From assembly GCA_028818565.1 (NCBI GenBank), contig JAPPNV010000131.1:1-49229 (forward strand): a stretch of 49,229 nucleotides of DNA. The letters run 5' to 3'. The translations under genes and the position numbers were made by a program. Of the stretch, positions 27,199 to 37,353 are shown in pieces (positions within the stretch are counted from its first letter, which is position 1; every line of letters starts with the position of its first letter). The notes under the pieces are model-generated. The model was not told the DNA's origin, did no database searches, and saw nothing but the letters and a program-made list of their open reading frames with translations. The DNA comes from Rhodospirillales bacterium (GTDB lineage: Bacteria > Pseudomonadota > Alphaproteobacteria > UBA828).

Positions 27199-27831
27199 GT
27201 GAACGGCAACAAGTTGGGGAAACGTCTTCCGCTATCGCGACGCGGGCTCGTTCGGGCGGGTCTCGCCGGAGCCGCAATGCTTGCGGTTGGGGCGATCGTC
27301 GCCGCCTGCCAGCCGCCGTCGAGCTATGAGAGCGAGCCCCTCTCCTTCGCAGCACTGCCGCCGCTGGTGTTCGACCTGGGCGGGATCGAGGTCGTCGAGC
27401 GCGGGTCCACGCCGCACCCCTCCGACGTCGACCACCTCATCGCGACTCCACCGGCCGTCGCCGCGAGGATTTGGGCGGAGGACCGGCTGCGCGCGAGCGG
27501 GCATTCCGGCCTGCTGCGGGTGACGATCGAGGAAGCCAGCGCCAGGATCACGCCGCTCGCGACCAATGAGAACCTCGAGGGCGTGTTCACGGAAGAGCAG
27601 GCCGAGCGGATCGACCTGCGGCTGCGCGTCACCATCGACGCAATCGACGAAAGCGGCCAAGTCAACGGCAGCGCCACGGCGGATGCCCGACGCTCCCGCA
27701 CGCTGCTGGAAGGCATCACGCTCGCTGAGCGTGAGCGGCTCTACGACGAGGTCGTCGCGGCCCTGCTCCACGACTACAACGCCAGCCAGGAGAAGGCGAT
27801 CCGGCAGTATCTCCGGCTCTACTTGCGCTGA
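27199..27831 (+). CDS. Lipoprotein of unknown function
   Basis: GTG 27199 has AGGAG 8 nt upstream. The signal peptide ends in the lipobox VAAC (AIVAACQ). The mature part is about 175 aa with no motif I recognise. Confidence 0.6.
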   Translation: MNGNKLGKRLPLSRRGLVRAGLAGAAMLAVGAIVAACQPPSSYESEPLSFAALPPLVFDLGGIEVVERGSTPHPSDVDHLIATPPAVAARIWAEDRLRASGHSGLLRVTIEEASARITPLATNENLEGVFTEEQAERIDLRLRVTIDAIDESGQVNGSATADARRSRTLLEGITLAERERLYDEVVAALLHDYNASQEKAIRQYLRLYLR

Positions 27832-27864
27832 GGGTCGGACTGGGGCGGCGCTGGCCGCCCTCCC

Positions 27865-28905
27865 CTACCCACCAACCACCGCCTCGAGCGCCTCGCCTGC
27901 CGTATCGACCGCCGCTGCATCCACATCGAGATGCGTGACCGCGCGCAAGCGGTGGCGGCCCATGGCGCCGATCAGCACGCCCTTGGCACGTAGTGCGTCC
28001 GACAGATCGGACGCGCTCAGCCCCGTCTCGGCACAATCGAAGAAGACCAGATTGCTGTCGACCCGCAGCTGGTCGAGGGTGAGCTTCGGCAGCGCGCGCA
28101 CCTTGTCGGCGAGGCTGCGGGCGTTGGCGTGATCCTCGGCGAGGCGCGCGACATGGTGGTCGAGCGCATGAAGACCGGCGGCGGCAAGGATGCCGGACTG
28201 GCGCATGGAGCCGCCGAGGCGCTGCTTCCACTGCCACGCGGCCTCGATGAATTCGGCGGAGCCGGCGAGCACGGCGCCGACCGGGCAGCCGAGCCCCTTG
28301 CTGAAGTCCACCCACACGGAATCGAAGGGAGCGGCGTAGCGGGCGGCGTCCACGCCCGACTCGACGACCGCGTTGAGAAGCCGCGCGCCGTCCATGTGCA
28401 GTAGCAGCCCGTGCGCCTTGGCCGTCTCGCCCACCGCCTCGATGGTCTCCAGCGGCCAGATCGTGCCGCCGCCCTGATTCGAGGTTTGCTCGACCACGGC
28501 GAGGCGCGAGCGCGGCGCATAGCGGCTCACGGCGCGGACCGCATCGGCAAGCTGCTCCGGCGAATAGACGCCGGCCTCGCCGTCGAGGGGGCGCACCATG
28601 GCGCCCGCGAGCGCCGCCGGGCCGCCGCCTTCCGACGTGATGATGTGCGCCGTGCGGTCGCAGATCACCTCCTCGCCGGGGCGGCAGTGCACCAGCAGCG
28701 CAATCTCGTTGCACATGCTGCCGGACGGGAGGAAGACCCCCGCCTCCTTGCCCAGCATTGCAGCCACGCGCGCCTGGAGCGCGTTGACGGTGGGGTCCTC
28801 GCCGCGCTGCTCGTCGCCGACCTCGGCCTCGGCCATCGCCTGGCGCATGGCCGCCGTCGGCCGCGTGACCGTGTCGCTCCTGAGATCGACGTGATTGCCC
28901 GACAT
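27865..28905 (-). CDS. Low-specificity threonine aldolase family (PLP-dependent)
   Basis: The N-terminus [11 protein letters not shown]...[12 protein letters not shown] is diagnostic of the Beta_elim_lyase/LtaE family. FSKGLG provides the PLP lysine. ATG 28905 has GGGGAGGG upstream. Confidence 0.82.
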   Translation of the reverse strand: MSGNHVDLRSDTVTRPTAAMRQAMAEAEVGDEQRGEDPTVNALQARVAAMLGKEAGVFLPSGSMCNEIALLVHCRPGEEVICDRTAHIITSEGGGPAALAGAMVRPLDGEAGVYSPEQLADAVRAVSRYAPRSRLAVVEQTSNQGGGTIWPLETIEAVGETAKAHGLLLHMDGARLLNAVVESGVDAARYAAPFDSVWVDFSKGLGCPVGAVLAGSAEFIEAAWQWKQRLGGSMRQSGILAAAGLHALDHHVARLAEDHANARSLADKVRALPKLTLDQLRVDSNLVFFDCAETGLSASDLSDALRAKGVLIGAMGRHRLRAVTHLDVDAAAVDTAGEALEAVVGG

Positions 28906-28997
28906 GCCACCCTCCCCTTCTTCGGCGTCCGCAGCCTTTGGCACTTGGCGCCTGCGGTCATAAGCTTGGGGTATCGCACAAAGGGGAGAGGACTGAA

Positions 28998-29573
28998 ATG
29001 ACCGCCGTCGATCCGAACAAGGTGCACTTCACAGGGGAGAACTCCTTCCTGCGGCTCAAGGCCGATCCTGACGGAGAGGAGACCACCGTCTGCGCGCACT
29101 GGCGCACCCTGATCTCGCCGGCGGGCCCCGGCACCTGCCTCTTCCTTCGCTCCGACGCGACCGGAGGCGAGGTCAAGCTCTATGCCGACAACATCGGAAT
29201 GGCGCGGTGGCTCCAGGGTGAGCTGGAGTCGATCCTGAACCCGCCCTTCGCCGATACGAACATGCCGATCGCGGAAGCCGCCTTCTCGCGCGATGGCGCC
29301 TTCCTCTCCACCTATCGCGAAATCGTCGATTCGGCCGACGGCTGGATCGAGATGAGCTGGTCGGACATGGGCGAGCCCTTCATGCTGAAGCTCCCGCCCG
29401 ACAATCCCGATACCGGGCCGTGGGCGGTCTACAGCTGTCTCACGCCGTGCCGGACTGCAACGCTCGATGTCGCGGGAAGCCGCGCGGAGGGTGCGCCTTA
29501 CGAGAACACCCTCGGCGGGCATCCGGCCACATCCTGTTGTCTCGCCTGGTCCGAGACCTGGCTGCGTAGCTGA
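28998..29573 (+). CDS. Hypothetical protein (191 aa)
   Basis: The SD GGGGAGAGGA precedes ATG 28998. Codon usage looks coding. No motifs recognised. The MFS gene starts 4 nt downstream. Confidence 0.55.
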   Translation: MTAVDPNKVHFTGENSFLRLKADPDGEETTVCAHWRTLISPAGPGTCLFLRSDATGGEVKLYADNIGMARWLQGELESILNPPFADTNMPIAEAAFSRDGAFLSTYREIVDSADGWIEMSWSDMGEPFMLKLPPDNPDTGPWAVYSCLTPCRTATLDVAGSRAEGAPYENTLGGHPATSCCLAWSETWLRS

Positions 29574-29576
29574 GGG

Positions 29577-30869
29577 TTGCCCCCTCCCGCTGACGACGCG
29601 GCGGAACCGCCTGCAGCCGCGTCGTCGGCCGCAGCGCCGGCCGTGCGGCCCCACGAGCATGGCTATCGCTGGGCCATGCTGGGCGGGGTGTGGCTGATCT
29701 ATTTCGGCTTCGGTCTGCTGTCCCTGGCGATGGCGCCGCTGGTCGACCCCATCAGCCGCGATCTCGGCCTCAGCTACACCACCATGGGCGCCATCCTGGG
29801 CGCCTGGCCGCTCGTCTACATCGTGGCCGCCGCGCCCTGCGGGGCATTCGTCGATCGTGTGGGGCTCAAGTGGTCGTTGTTCCTGGCCGTCCTCATCATC
29901 ACCGCATCGGGCGGACTGCGTGTCGTCGCCGTCGACGCCGTCTCGATGTTCGTGGCGGTCGGGCTGTTCGGAATCGGCGGGCCGCTGGTCTCGATCGGCG
30001 CACCCAAGGCGATCGCACAATGGTTCGAAGGCGCGGAGCGCGGCTTCGCCATGGGCGTCTACATCACGGGCCCCTTCCTTGGGCACATACTCGCGCTGGT
30101 GCTGACCAACAGCGTCATGATGCCGCTCCTCGACGGGAACTGGCGTCACGTCCTGCTGATCTATTCCGGCTTTATCCTCGCGTGCGGCATTGTCTGGTTC
30201 CTGCTCGGGAGCCACCCGATCAACCGCGTGGTCGAGCGTGCCGGGCTCCGCCGTGAGACCGTCGCGGGCCAGATGGCCGTCTTCGGCGCGCTGCTACGCC
30301 TGCCGAGCATTCAGGTCATCCTGGCGATGAGCATCGGCGCCTTCTTCCTTCATCACGCGCTCGCCAACTGGCTGCCGGAGATGCTGCGCACCGGCGGCAT
30401 GGCGCCCGACGAGGCAGGAATCTGGTCGGCCCTGCCGACGGCCGTCGGGATCGTCGGCGCGCTGATGATCCCCAGGCTCGCGACGCCGACCAGGCGCTTC
30501 GCGATCCTGTTCGCACTCGCGCTTTGCACCGGCGCGGGTGCGCTGCTGCTGCTGGCCACAGGCGTGCCGGCACTGGTGGTGGCGATGGTGCTGCAGGGCA
30601 TCGGCCGCGGCTCGCTGATCGCGGTCCTGATCCTGGTCCTGATGGAGACGCGCGGCGTCGATCCTCGCAACACCGGGGCGGCGGTGGGACTATTCTTCTC
30701 GGCTGCGGAGATCGGCGGCGTGCTGGGGCCGCTCGTGATTGGCGCGATGTCGGACCTGACCGGCGGGTTCGACGCGGGCCTATGGCTCCTCGGCGCCGTA
30801 AGCCTCGCTCTCGTCGGGCTGCTCTACCTCCACCGGGGAATCGAGCGACGCGACATCGCCGCCGCTTAG
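29577..30869 (+). CDS. MFS transporter
   Basis: It has about 12 hydrophobic segments and an MFS loop 2-3 motif (GAFVDRVGLK). The start is ambiguous: TTG 29577, GTG 29643 or ATG 29676. Confidence 0.8.
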   Translation: MPPPADDAAEPPAAASSAAAPAVRPHEHGYRWAMLGGVWLIYFGFGLLSLAMAPLVDPISRDLGLSYTTMGAILGAWPLVYIVAAAPCGAFVDRVGLKWSLFLAVLIITASGGLRVVAVDAVSMFVAVGLFGIGGPLVSIGAPKAIAQWFEGAERGFAMGVYITGPFLGHILALVLTNSVMMPLLDGNWRHVLLIYSGFILACGIVWFLLGSHPINRVVERAGLRRETVAGQMAVFGALLRLPSIQVILAMSIGAFFLHHALANWLPEMLRTGGMAPDEAGIWSALPTAVGIVGALMIPRLATPTRRFAILFALALCTGAGALLLLATGVPALVVAMVLQGIGRGSLIAVLILVLMETRGVDPRNTGAAVGLFFSAAEIGGVLGPLVIGAMSDLTGGFDAGLWLLGAVSLALVGLLYLHRGIERRDIAAA

Positions 30870-30898
30870 AGCGTTCCCGTCGTACACGGAAACGCTCT
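30868..30898 (+). terminator. Hairpin overlapping the MFS stop codon
   Basis: AGAGCGTTCCCGT, loop CGTAC, ACGGAAACGCTCT gives 13 bp with one mismatch. There is no U-tract. Confidence 0.35.
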
Positions 30899-31042
30899 CG
30901 CCACTATCGCTCACGGCAGCCGGCCGTCCTTCGATTTCGCGCGCCTACCGGCGCGGCCGGCCGGCGCCTGCGCGCCGCATCAGCGGCGGGCCGCGGTCGC
31001 GGCCTGTCGCGAGTCCGTCTAAGACGTCCTCGCTCCAACCAC

Positions 31043-32356
31043 TCACTCCGCTGCGGCCGCTACCCGGCGCGCTGCCCCGCGCCTGGGCTGGGGCGGCTTG
31101 CGGTACGCGCCATCCTTCATGACCATGAGGATGTTGTTCTTGTCCTGGAACAGCGTGAGGTCCGCCAGCGGATCGCCGTCGATCATGATGAGATCGGCGA
31201 GGTAGCCTTCCTTGACCTCCCCCATCTCGGGAATGCCGCTGCCCTGCGCGTCGGCGAAGGCGTAGAGCTCGCCGCCCAGCTTGGTGGCGGCGTGCAGCAC
31301 CTCGGCCGGGGTGAATTCGAAGTAGTTCACGAAGTGCTCGAAGTCCCGCGTGTCCGTTCCGTGTGGCACCCAGGCAAATGCATAGTCGCCGAAGGGCAGC
31401 ACGCGGACTCCGCGGGCGTGCAGCTTCTTGACGGTCTCGCTGACAATGGCGAGCTCGTGGTGGTGCCGGAGCGCGATCTCGCTCTCCGGCGGCATGCCGA
31501 ATTCCGCGGACTCGTAGGCGGTGTTGTGGGTGATGCCGATCGCCGGCACGACGAAGACCTCGTCCTTGGCCTCGACCAGCATGTCGACAGTCTCGTCGTC
31601 GGCATAGGTCGCGTGGTGGATGATGTTGACGCCGTACTTCAGGCAGAGCCTGACCGATTCCGCAGTGCGCGCGTGGGCGCAGACGCGCCGGTTGCGCTGC
31701 TTGGCGACCTGGCAGACCGCCGCCACCTCCTCTTCCGTCATGACGGTCGTATCGCCCCTGCCGTAGGGGTAAACGAACTCGTCGCTCGAAGGCATGATCT
31801 TGAGGATGTCGACGCCCTCGCGGCAGAGCATCCGTGCGGTCTGGCGGAACTGCTCCTCCCCGTCGCAGATGATCGAGAATGCGCCGTGGTACATGTGGAG
31901 CTGGCGCGCGTCGCCCAGGCCGCCGGTGACCGTCAGCTCCGGCGAGGCTGCAAGGACGCGGGGCCCCTCCATCCTGCCCGCGTTGATCTCGTTGCGGATC
32001 ACGACGTCCATACGGGTCTTGCCCGTCGCGGCGCAGACCAGAGCCGTGAAGCCGTGGTCGTAGAGGATCTGGGCATGGCGCATCGTGATGAGCGTGTTCT
32101 CCTCGGGCGGCGTGTCGCCGAGGGAGTAGAGGCTCGTCCCCTCCTCCGAGTAGCCGATGTGGGAGTGACCGTTGATGAGGCCCGGCATGAGCGTCGCGCC
32201 GCCGCCGTCCACCACCTCCGCGCCGTTCCGCTCGATGCGCTTCTTGCCCTTGACCACCGTCTTGATGCGGTTGCCCTGGACAAGAACCTCGCCCCGATAC
32301 GACTTCTTGCCGGAGCCGTCGAATATCGAGATGTTGGTGAATAGCGTCTGCGTCAT
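31043..32356 (-). CDS. Metal-dependent amidohydrolase family protein
   Basis: It has the N-terminal beta-sandwich and the HxH metal motif (PGLINGHSHIG), with later His and Asp ligands. Length is 437 aa. The SD AAGGGGGG precedes the start. Confidence 0.8.
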   Translation of the reverse strand: MTQTLFTNISIFDGSGKKSYRGEVLVQGNRIKTVVKGKKRIERNGAEVVDGGGATLMPGLINGHSHIGYSEEGTSLYSLGDTPPEENTLITMRHAQILYDHGFTALVCAATGKTRMDVVIRNEINAGRMEGPRVLAASPELTVTGGLGDARQLHMYHGAFSIICDGEEQFRQTARMLCREGVDILKIMPSSDEFVYPYGRGDTTVMTEEEVAAVCQVAKQRNRRVCAHARTAESVRLCLKYGVNIIHHATYADDETVDMLVEAKDEVFVVPAIGITHNTAYESAEFGMPPESEIALRHHHELAIVSETVKKLHARGVRVLPFGDYAFAWVPHGTDTRDFEHFVNYFEFTPAEVLHAATKLGGELYAFADAQGSGIPEMGEVKEGYLADLIMIDGDPLADLTLFQDKNNILMVMKDGAYRKPPQPRRGAARRVAAAAE

Positions 32357-32582
32357 GGTCGCCCCCCTTGCCCGCTCGACTGTCGGCGAAGGAAGCGCAC
32401 CCGGCTCGTCTTGTTATTGTTTGCGCCGGCGCTCCGTCGCGCCCGCATCGCCGCTCGTACGACGAACGCGAGCCTGCACCTGCCAGCCGATCCGACCGAG
32501 GTCCAATCGATGCACCCCGGTTGCTGTACTCAGTGTAGCCCTATGCCAAGGCTGCAACAATCGAAAGCCCGGCCGCGCCTTC

Positions 32583-33224
32583 TCAGGCCGGTGGGAGCAC
32601 GAAATCGAAGCGCCCGCGCCAGCCGTCGCCCGCGCGATCCAGGTGCATGACGAGGTCGTCCCGAAAAATCCGGTCGCCGGCGTTCGCCTCCTGCAGGTCC
32701 GGAAAGTAGACCTGGGTGGTGAGGACAGGGGTCGCTTCGCCTTGCGCCTTCACGTGAATGTGGGGTGTGCGGCCGGAATATCGCACGGGCCGGATGGTCT
32801 CGAACCGGAACGCGCCGGCGGCATCGGTGAACTGATGCCCGCGATAGCGGAAGCCCCGGTTGTCGTAGTGGCCGCGCTCGTCGCAATGCCAGATGTCGAT
32901 CACGGCACCGGCGAGCGGCCGGCAATCGTGCGCGAGCACCAGCCCTTCGAAGGCGAGCGGCTCTCCCCGCGTGTCCGGCTCGCGCAGGGTGTCCCGCTGC
33001 GGCGTCAGCGGCGTGTAGAACGGCCCGGCCGTCGAGCTGCGCGTGCCGTGGGTGCATTCTGGCGGGGCCGCAAGTCCAATGCCGCGATCGGCAGCCGGCC
33101 CCGAGGCCTCGTAACCCAAGAGAGTCGAGCCGGCGCGGGCGTGTAACGGTGCCGCAGCCGCACCTGCGGCGATGGAAGCGAGTCCCGCCACGGCCAGCCG
33201 GCGAGTCACGGTGCGCGCAGTCAT
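32583..33224 (-). CDS. Intradiol ring-cleavage dioxygenase-fold protein with a Tat-like signal
   Basis: The internal ATG 33224 gives 213 aa. The N-terminus TRRLAVAGLASIAAGAAAAPLHARA looks like a twin-arginine signal. The core has a GPFY motif, IDIWHCD, and GRTPHIHVKA (the intradiol dioxygenase His motif). Confidence 0.72.
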   Translation of the reverse strand: MTARTVTRRLAVAGLASIAAGAAAAPLHARAGSTLLGYEASGPAADRGIGLAAPPECTHGTRSSTAGPFYTPLTPQRDTLREPDTRGEPLAFEGLVLAHDCRPLAGAVIDIWHCDERGHYDNRGFRYRGHQFTDAAGAFRFETIRPVRYSGRTPHIHVKAQGEATPVLTTQVYFPDLQEANAGDRIFRDDLVMHLDRAGDGWRGRFDFVLPPA

Positions 33225-33320
33225 CGATTCAGGGTAGCCTGTCTGGGCCTCGGGTCGAACCGAAATCGCCCTTGGCACAAGCCCGGGGCCGATCCCGCCA
33301 GCGCAGCATAGGAGCGCGCC

Positions 33321-34322
33321 ATGCTTCCGAGAGTCGCGATTTTCGCCATGGGCGGCACCATCGCCATGGCCGGGCGCGGTGAGCGCGGCGTCACACCTTC
33401 GCTGGGTGCGGACGCACTGGTGGAGGCGGTGCCGCAGCTTGCCGAGGTCGCGTCCATCGAGGCGGAGACCTTCCGCCTGCTGCCGAGCCCGGAAGTCACG
33501 ATCCCCGATCTGTTCGCGTTGGCCGACGCCATCGAGCAAGCCGTGGCCGATGGCGCCGACGGCGTGGTGGTCACCCACGGCACCGACACGATGGAGGAGT
33601 CGGCCTTCCTGCTCGACCGCATCCTCGATCTTGACGCCCCGGTGGTGCTGACCGGCGCGATGCGCAACCCGACCCTCGCCGGGCCGGACGGGCCGGCGAA
33701 CCTGCTGAACGGCGTGCGCCTCGCCGTGCACGAGCCGGCGCGCGGCCTCGGCGTCATGGTGGTCATGAACGACGAGATCCACGCCGCGCGCTATGTACGG
33801 AAGACGGTCACTTCCAACCCAGCCGCCTTTCGCTCGGCGCCGGCAGGGCCGCTCGGCTGGTTCGCGGAAGGCGCGGTGCGACTTGCCGGCCGACCCGGAC
33901 CCCGCCGCGCGATCGCGGTGGCGCGCGACGCCGAGGTCGCGCCGGTCGCCTTGCTCACGGTGACGCTCGGCGACGATGGCCGACTGATCGAGCGCGCGCT
34001 GGACGCGGGCTATCAAGGGATCGTGATGGAGTGCACCGGCGGAGGCCACGCTGCGGCGTGGGTCGCCGACAAGCTCGCAGACGCGGCCCAGCGCGTGCCA
34101 GTGGTCATGGCATCGCGCACGGGGGCGGGCGAGATGCTGCGCCAGACCTACGACTTCAAGGGCTCGGAGATCGACTTGCTCGCGCGCGGCATGATCAACG
34201 CGGGCTGGCTCGACGGGCTCAAGGCCCGCCTGTTGCTCACGCTACTGTTGATGGCGGGTGGCGACGACGCGGCGATCCGCGAAGAGTTCAGCGCCTGGCT
34301 CGACCCTGACCCGGCGCACTAA
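33321..34322 (+). CDS. L-asparaginase family protein
   Basis: The N-terminus IFAMGGTIAM carries the catalytic Thr motif, and a second motif VVTHGTDTMEESA follows. AGGAG lies upstream of the ATG. Confidence 0.85.
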   Translation: MLPRVAIFAMGGTIAMAGRGERGVTPSLGADALVEAVPQLAEVASIEAETFRLLPSPEVTIPDLFALADAIEQAVADGADGVVVTHGTDTMEESAFLLDRILDLDAPVVLTGAMRNPTLAGPDGPANLLNGVRLAVHEPARGLGVMVVMNDEIHAARYVRKTVTSNPAAFRSAPAGPLGWFAEGAVRLAGRPGPRRAIAVARDAEVAPVALLTVTLGDDGRLIERALDAGYQGIVMECTGGGHAAAWVADKLADAAQRVPVVMASRTGAGEMLRQTYDFKGSEIDLLARGMINAGWLDGLKARLLLTLLLMAGGDDAAIREEFSAWLDPDPAH

Positions 34323-34331
34323 TCTGGTTGC

Positions 34332-35744
34332 TTAGAACTTCTTCCACCAGGGGGTGCGGCCGCCGAGGCCCACCATGTCGACGCCGGTCATGAGCGAGAC
34401 GTCGTAAGTCAGCGCGCGGAGATCGTTGGGGTCGAGGTCGCTCACCCGGTTCTTGCCGCAGGCGCGGGCGAAGAGCTGGATCTCCATGGTGAGCGCGTTG
34501 AGGTAGTTGGTCACGCTGTCGGCGGCCTCGTCCACGTCGAGGCGTTCCATCAGTTTCGGCAGCTGGGTGGTGATGCCGACCGGACAGAGGCCCGTGTGAC
34601 AGTGCTGGCACTCGTAGGGCGAGGTGCCGAGCCGGGCGTAGTCCTCCAGATAGATCGGCTTGTGGCAGCCCATGGCGATGATCGGCGCGGTGCCGAGATA
34701 GACCACGTCGGCGCCAAGCGCGATGCACTTCGCCGCATCCGCCCCGTTGCGGATGCCGCCGCCGACGATGATCTTCATCGTGTCCTTCTTGCCCATGTCG
34801 GCGAGCGCTTCCGAGGCTTCGGCGATGGCGGCGACGGTGGGAATCCCGGCGTGGTCGAGCTGGATCGTGGGCGAGGCCGCGGTGCCGCCCTCCATGCCGT
34901 CGAAGACGATGGCATCGACACCCGCTTTCGCCGCAATGCGGACGTCATTGCCGATCCTGGCGGCGCCCACCTTGATCGAGATGGGCACCTTGTATTCGGT
35001 GACCTCGCGGATCTCCTCGAGCTTCATGTAGAGATCGTCGGCCCCCATCCAATCGGGATGGCGGCAGGGGCTACGTTGATCCACGCCCTCGGGCAGGTCG
35101 CGCATCTCCGCCACCTCGTCCGACATCTTGAGGCCCAGCAGCACGCCGCCGGTGCCGGGCTTCGCGCCCTGACCGGCGCCGATCTCGATCATGTCGGCCT
35201 TCTTGAGGTCGTAGGGGTTCATGCCGTAGCGGCTCGGCAGGTACTGCATCACCAGCTTGTCGGAGTAGCGGCGCTCCTCATGGTGCATGCCGCCCTCGCC
35301 GGTGCAGGTGGAGATGCCGCAGCGGCTCGCCGCCATGCCGAGCGCGCGCTTGGCATGAACCGAGAGCGCGCCGAAGCTCATGCCCGCGATCATGATCGGA
35401 CGCTCCAGAACGAGCGGGTTCTCGCAGTTGCCCTCGCCGATCACCACCTGCGTGTCGCACTTCTCCCGGTAGCCCTCGAGCGGCATGCGCGAGAGACCGG
35501 CCGGCACGAACACGAGATCGTCGAAAGAGGGCAGGCCGCGCCGCTTGGTCGCCTGCCCCCTGATCTGGTATCGGCCGAGGGCGGCCTTCTCCTGAATCTC
35601 CTCGATCACCTCTGGCGGCCAGACTCCGCTGAAGCTGTCGGGCCGCGGATAGGCGCCGTTGGGCGCCGGTGCCGCGTCTTCCAGAACCTCGACAGAGGAA
35701 TCGCCCGCATGGGCCGGAGGCGGTGTGCTCGGGGTCTCGCTCAT
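34332..35744 (-). CDS. FMN-binding glutamate-synthase-family subunit (GltB central domain, GlxD/MgsC-like)
   Basis: Motifs are MSFGALS, GEGG, QGAKPGTGG, GMEGGTAASP and a C-terminal Cys cluster. ATG 35744 overlaps the upstream stop (ATGA). Confidence 0.85.
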   Translation of the reverse strand: MSETPSTPPPAHAGDSSVEVLEDAAPAPNGAYPRPDSFSGVWPPEVIEEIQEKAALGRYQIRGQATKRRGLPSFDDLVFVPAGLSRMPLEGYREKCDTQVVIGEGNCENPLVLERPIMIAGMSFGALSVHAKRALGMAASRCGISTCTGEGGMHHEERRYSDKLVMQYLPSRYGMNPYDLKKADMIEIGAGQGAKPGTGGVLLGLKMSDEVAEMRDLPEGVDQRSPCRHPDWMGADDLYMKLEEIREVTEYKVPISIKVGAARIGNDVRIAAKAGVDAIVFDGMEGGTAASPTIQLDHAGIPTVAAIAEASEALADMGKKDTMKIIVGGGIRNGADAAKCIALGADVVYLGTAPIIAMGCHKPIYLEDYARLGTSPYECQHCHTGLCPVGITTQLPKLMERLDVDEAADSVTNYLNALTMEIQLFARACGKNRVSDLDPNDLRALTYDVSLMTGVDMVGLGGRTPWWKKF

Positions 35745-36445
35745 AGCACGTCCTTCCACGCCGCGAAGTCATGCTTGTTGAAGTGCCACAGTTTGCGGTC
35801 CGACTGCAGCTTGCGGAACTTCGCGGGCGCCTTGATCTCGAAGCGGTCGAGCAGTGCGGCCACCTCGTCGAGCTCGCCGTTCTCTGCGTCGACCTCTTCG
35901 AGCCCGGAGCCCAGCTCCTTCGCCTGGCCTCCGAGGAAGATCACGCCCTGATACATGGAATCGCCGAGGCCGGTATCGGCGTCGCCGCAAACGATCATGC
36001 GGCCGTTCTGCATCATGAAGCCCGACATGTAGCCGGTGTTGCCGCCGACGATGAGCTCGCCCTTCTTCAGGATCATGCCGGAGCGCGGCCCCGCATCGCC
36101 GCACACGACGACACGCCCGCCGCGGATCGACGGCGCCGCCGAGGTGGCAGCATTGCCGTGCACGACCACTTCGCCGCTCATCAGGTTGTCGGCGACGCCC
36201 CAGCCGCAGGTGCCATGAACTTCCGCCGTGATCCCGTCGCAGAGTCCGGCGGTGAAGGAGCCGACATGGCCGCGATAGACGACGTGGATGGGCTTGAGCA
36301 CCGAGACGCCGAGGTTGTGCCGCGCCTGCGGGTTCAGCAACTCGACCTCGGGCACGCCGTCGTCTGCCGCGCGGCGAATCTCTTCGTTGATCGCGCGCGT
36401 CGCCCGGCCGGCGCAGTCGATGGTCAGTGGAGCGGAATTCGCCAC
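35741..36445 (-). CDS. GXGXG-motif subunit (GltB C-terminal domain, GlxC/MgsB-like)
   Basis: It has the repeated beta-helix pattern (VVVHGNA, VVVCGDAG, LIVGGNTG, MIVCGDA). GTG 36445 overlaps the end of the amidotransferase gene by 22 nt. Confidence 0.82.
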   Translation of the reverse strand: MANSAPLTIDCAGRATRAINEEIRRAADDGVPEVELLNPQARHNLGVSVLKPIHVVYRGHVGSFTAGLCDGITAEVHGTCGWGVADNLMSGEVVVHGNAATSAAPSIRGGRVVVCGDAGPRSGMILKKGELIVGGNTGYMSGFMMQNGRMIVCGDADTGLGDSMYQGVIFLGGQAKELGSGLEEVDAENGELDEVAALLDRFEIKAPAKFRKLQSDRKLWHFNKHDFAAWKDVL

Positions 36446-37329
36446 GTCACCACCTCGCCAGCCCCGGGCTCCCAGACCTCGATATCCTCATCGATGCCGT
36501 CGCGCAGCGCCCAGCAATCGGACGAGACCGCCACCAGCCGGTCGGTCTCGCCCACTACCAGCGGCTTGGCCGCGTAAGGGTCCTTGACCACGCCCACCTC
36601 ATCCGCGGTGACGGCGATATAGGTGAAGCAGCCGTCGAGGATCGACACCGAGCGCTCCAGCGCCTCGTGGAAGCTCGCGCCCTTCCCCATCTCGTCCACC
36701 AGCCCCACGGCGATCACCTCGGAATCGTTGCCGGTGGCGAAGGTGTAGCCCGCGCGCTCGTAGTGGTAGCGCAGGTGGTGGAAGTTGGTGATGTGGCCGT
36801 TGTGCATGATGACCAGGTCGCGGTGCAGCCTGGCGGAGAGCGGCTGCCCGTGGGTGAAGTCGATGACGCTCTCCGTGGCGAAGCGCGTGAGCCCCATCGC
36901 GAGCGGCCCGTCGTAATCGGTGATGGCGAAGCGCTCCTCGAGAGTGTCCACGCCCCCCAGGTGCTTCACCACCTCGAGCTGGCCGCCGATGCTGGCAACG
37001 CTGTAGCCGGGCCCCAGCGCGTCGACCGCATCGACGAGCGCCGCATCGTCGCCGTCGTAACGGAGGGTGGTGCGGATGAAGCCTTCGCCGTCGGTGGCGC
37101 GTTCCACCCGGCCGAGCTCGTCCAGCAGCCCCAGCACGCGGCCGCCGCCGCCGGGCTCCTCGCAATTAATGCCGACGTAGAGGCGATCATCGCTCGCCGG
37201 CTGGACCAGAGCGACGCCGGTCGAATCCGGCCCGCGCCTGAAGATGCCGTCCAGCACGCGATAGGCGATCTCGCCGGTCCGGCGATGATGCTCCGTGGTC
37301 TTGAAGAAGACGCCGCCGAGGCCGCACAT
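36424..37329 (-). CDS. Class II (Ntn) glutamine amidotransferase subunit (GlxB/MgsA-like)
   Basis: The N-terminus is MCGLGG, with the nucleophilic Cys right after Met. RGPDSTG and MHNGHITN motifs are present. Length is 301 aa. Confidence 0.82.
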   Translation of the reverse strand: MCGLGGVFFKTTEHHRRTGEIAYRVLDGIFRRGPDSTGVALVQPASDDRLYVGINCEEPGGGGRVLGLLDELGRVERATDGEGFIRTTLRYDGDDAALVDAVDALGPGYSVASIGGQLEVVKHLGGVDTLEERFAITDYDGPLAMGLTRFATESVIDFTHGQPLSARLHRDLVIMHNGHITNFHHLRYHYERAGYTFATGNDSEVIAVGLVDEMGKGASFHEALERSVSILDGCFTYIAVTADEVGVVKDPYAAKPLVVGETDRLVAVSSDCWALRDGIDEDIEVWEPGAGEVVTWRIPLH

Positions 37330-37353
37330 GAGCTCCGCTCCCCTGCGGCGCCG

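Noticed and set aside
34332-37329. Naming the GATase II / GXGXG / FMN trio N-methylglutamate synthase (mgsABC) and the locus a methylamine-utilisation cluster.
   Set aside because: The subunit architecture fits, but gmaS and mgdABCD are not in the window and substrate specificity cannot be read from the sequence. It is reported only as a GlxBCD/MgsABC-like enzyme.
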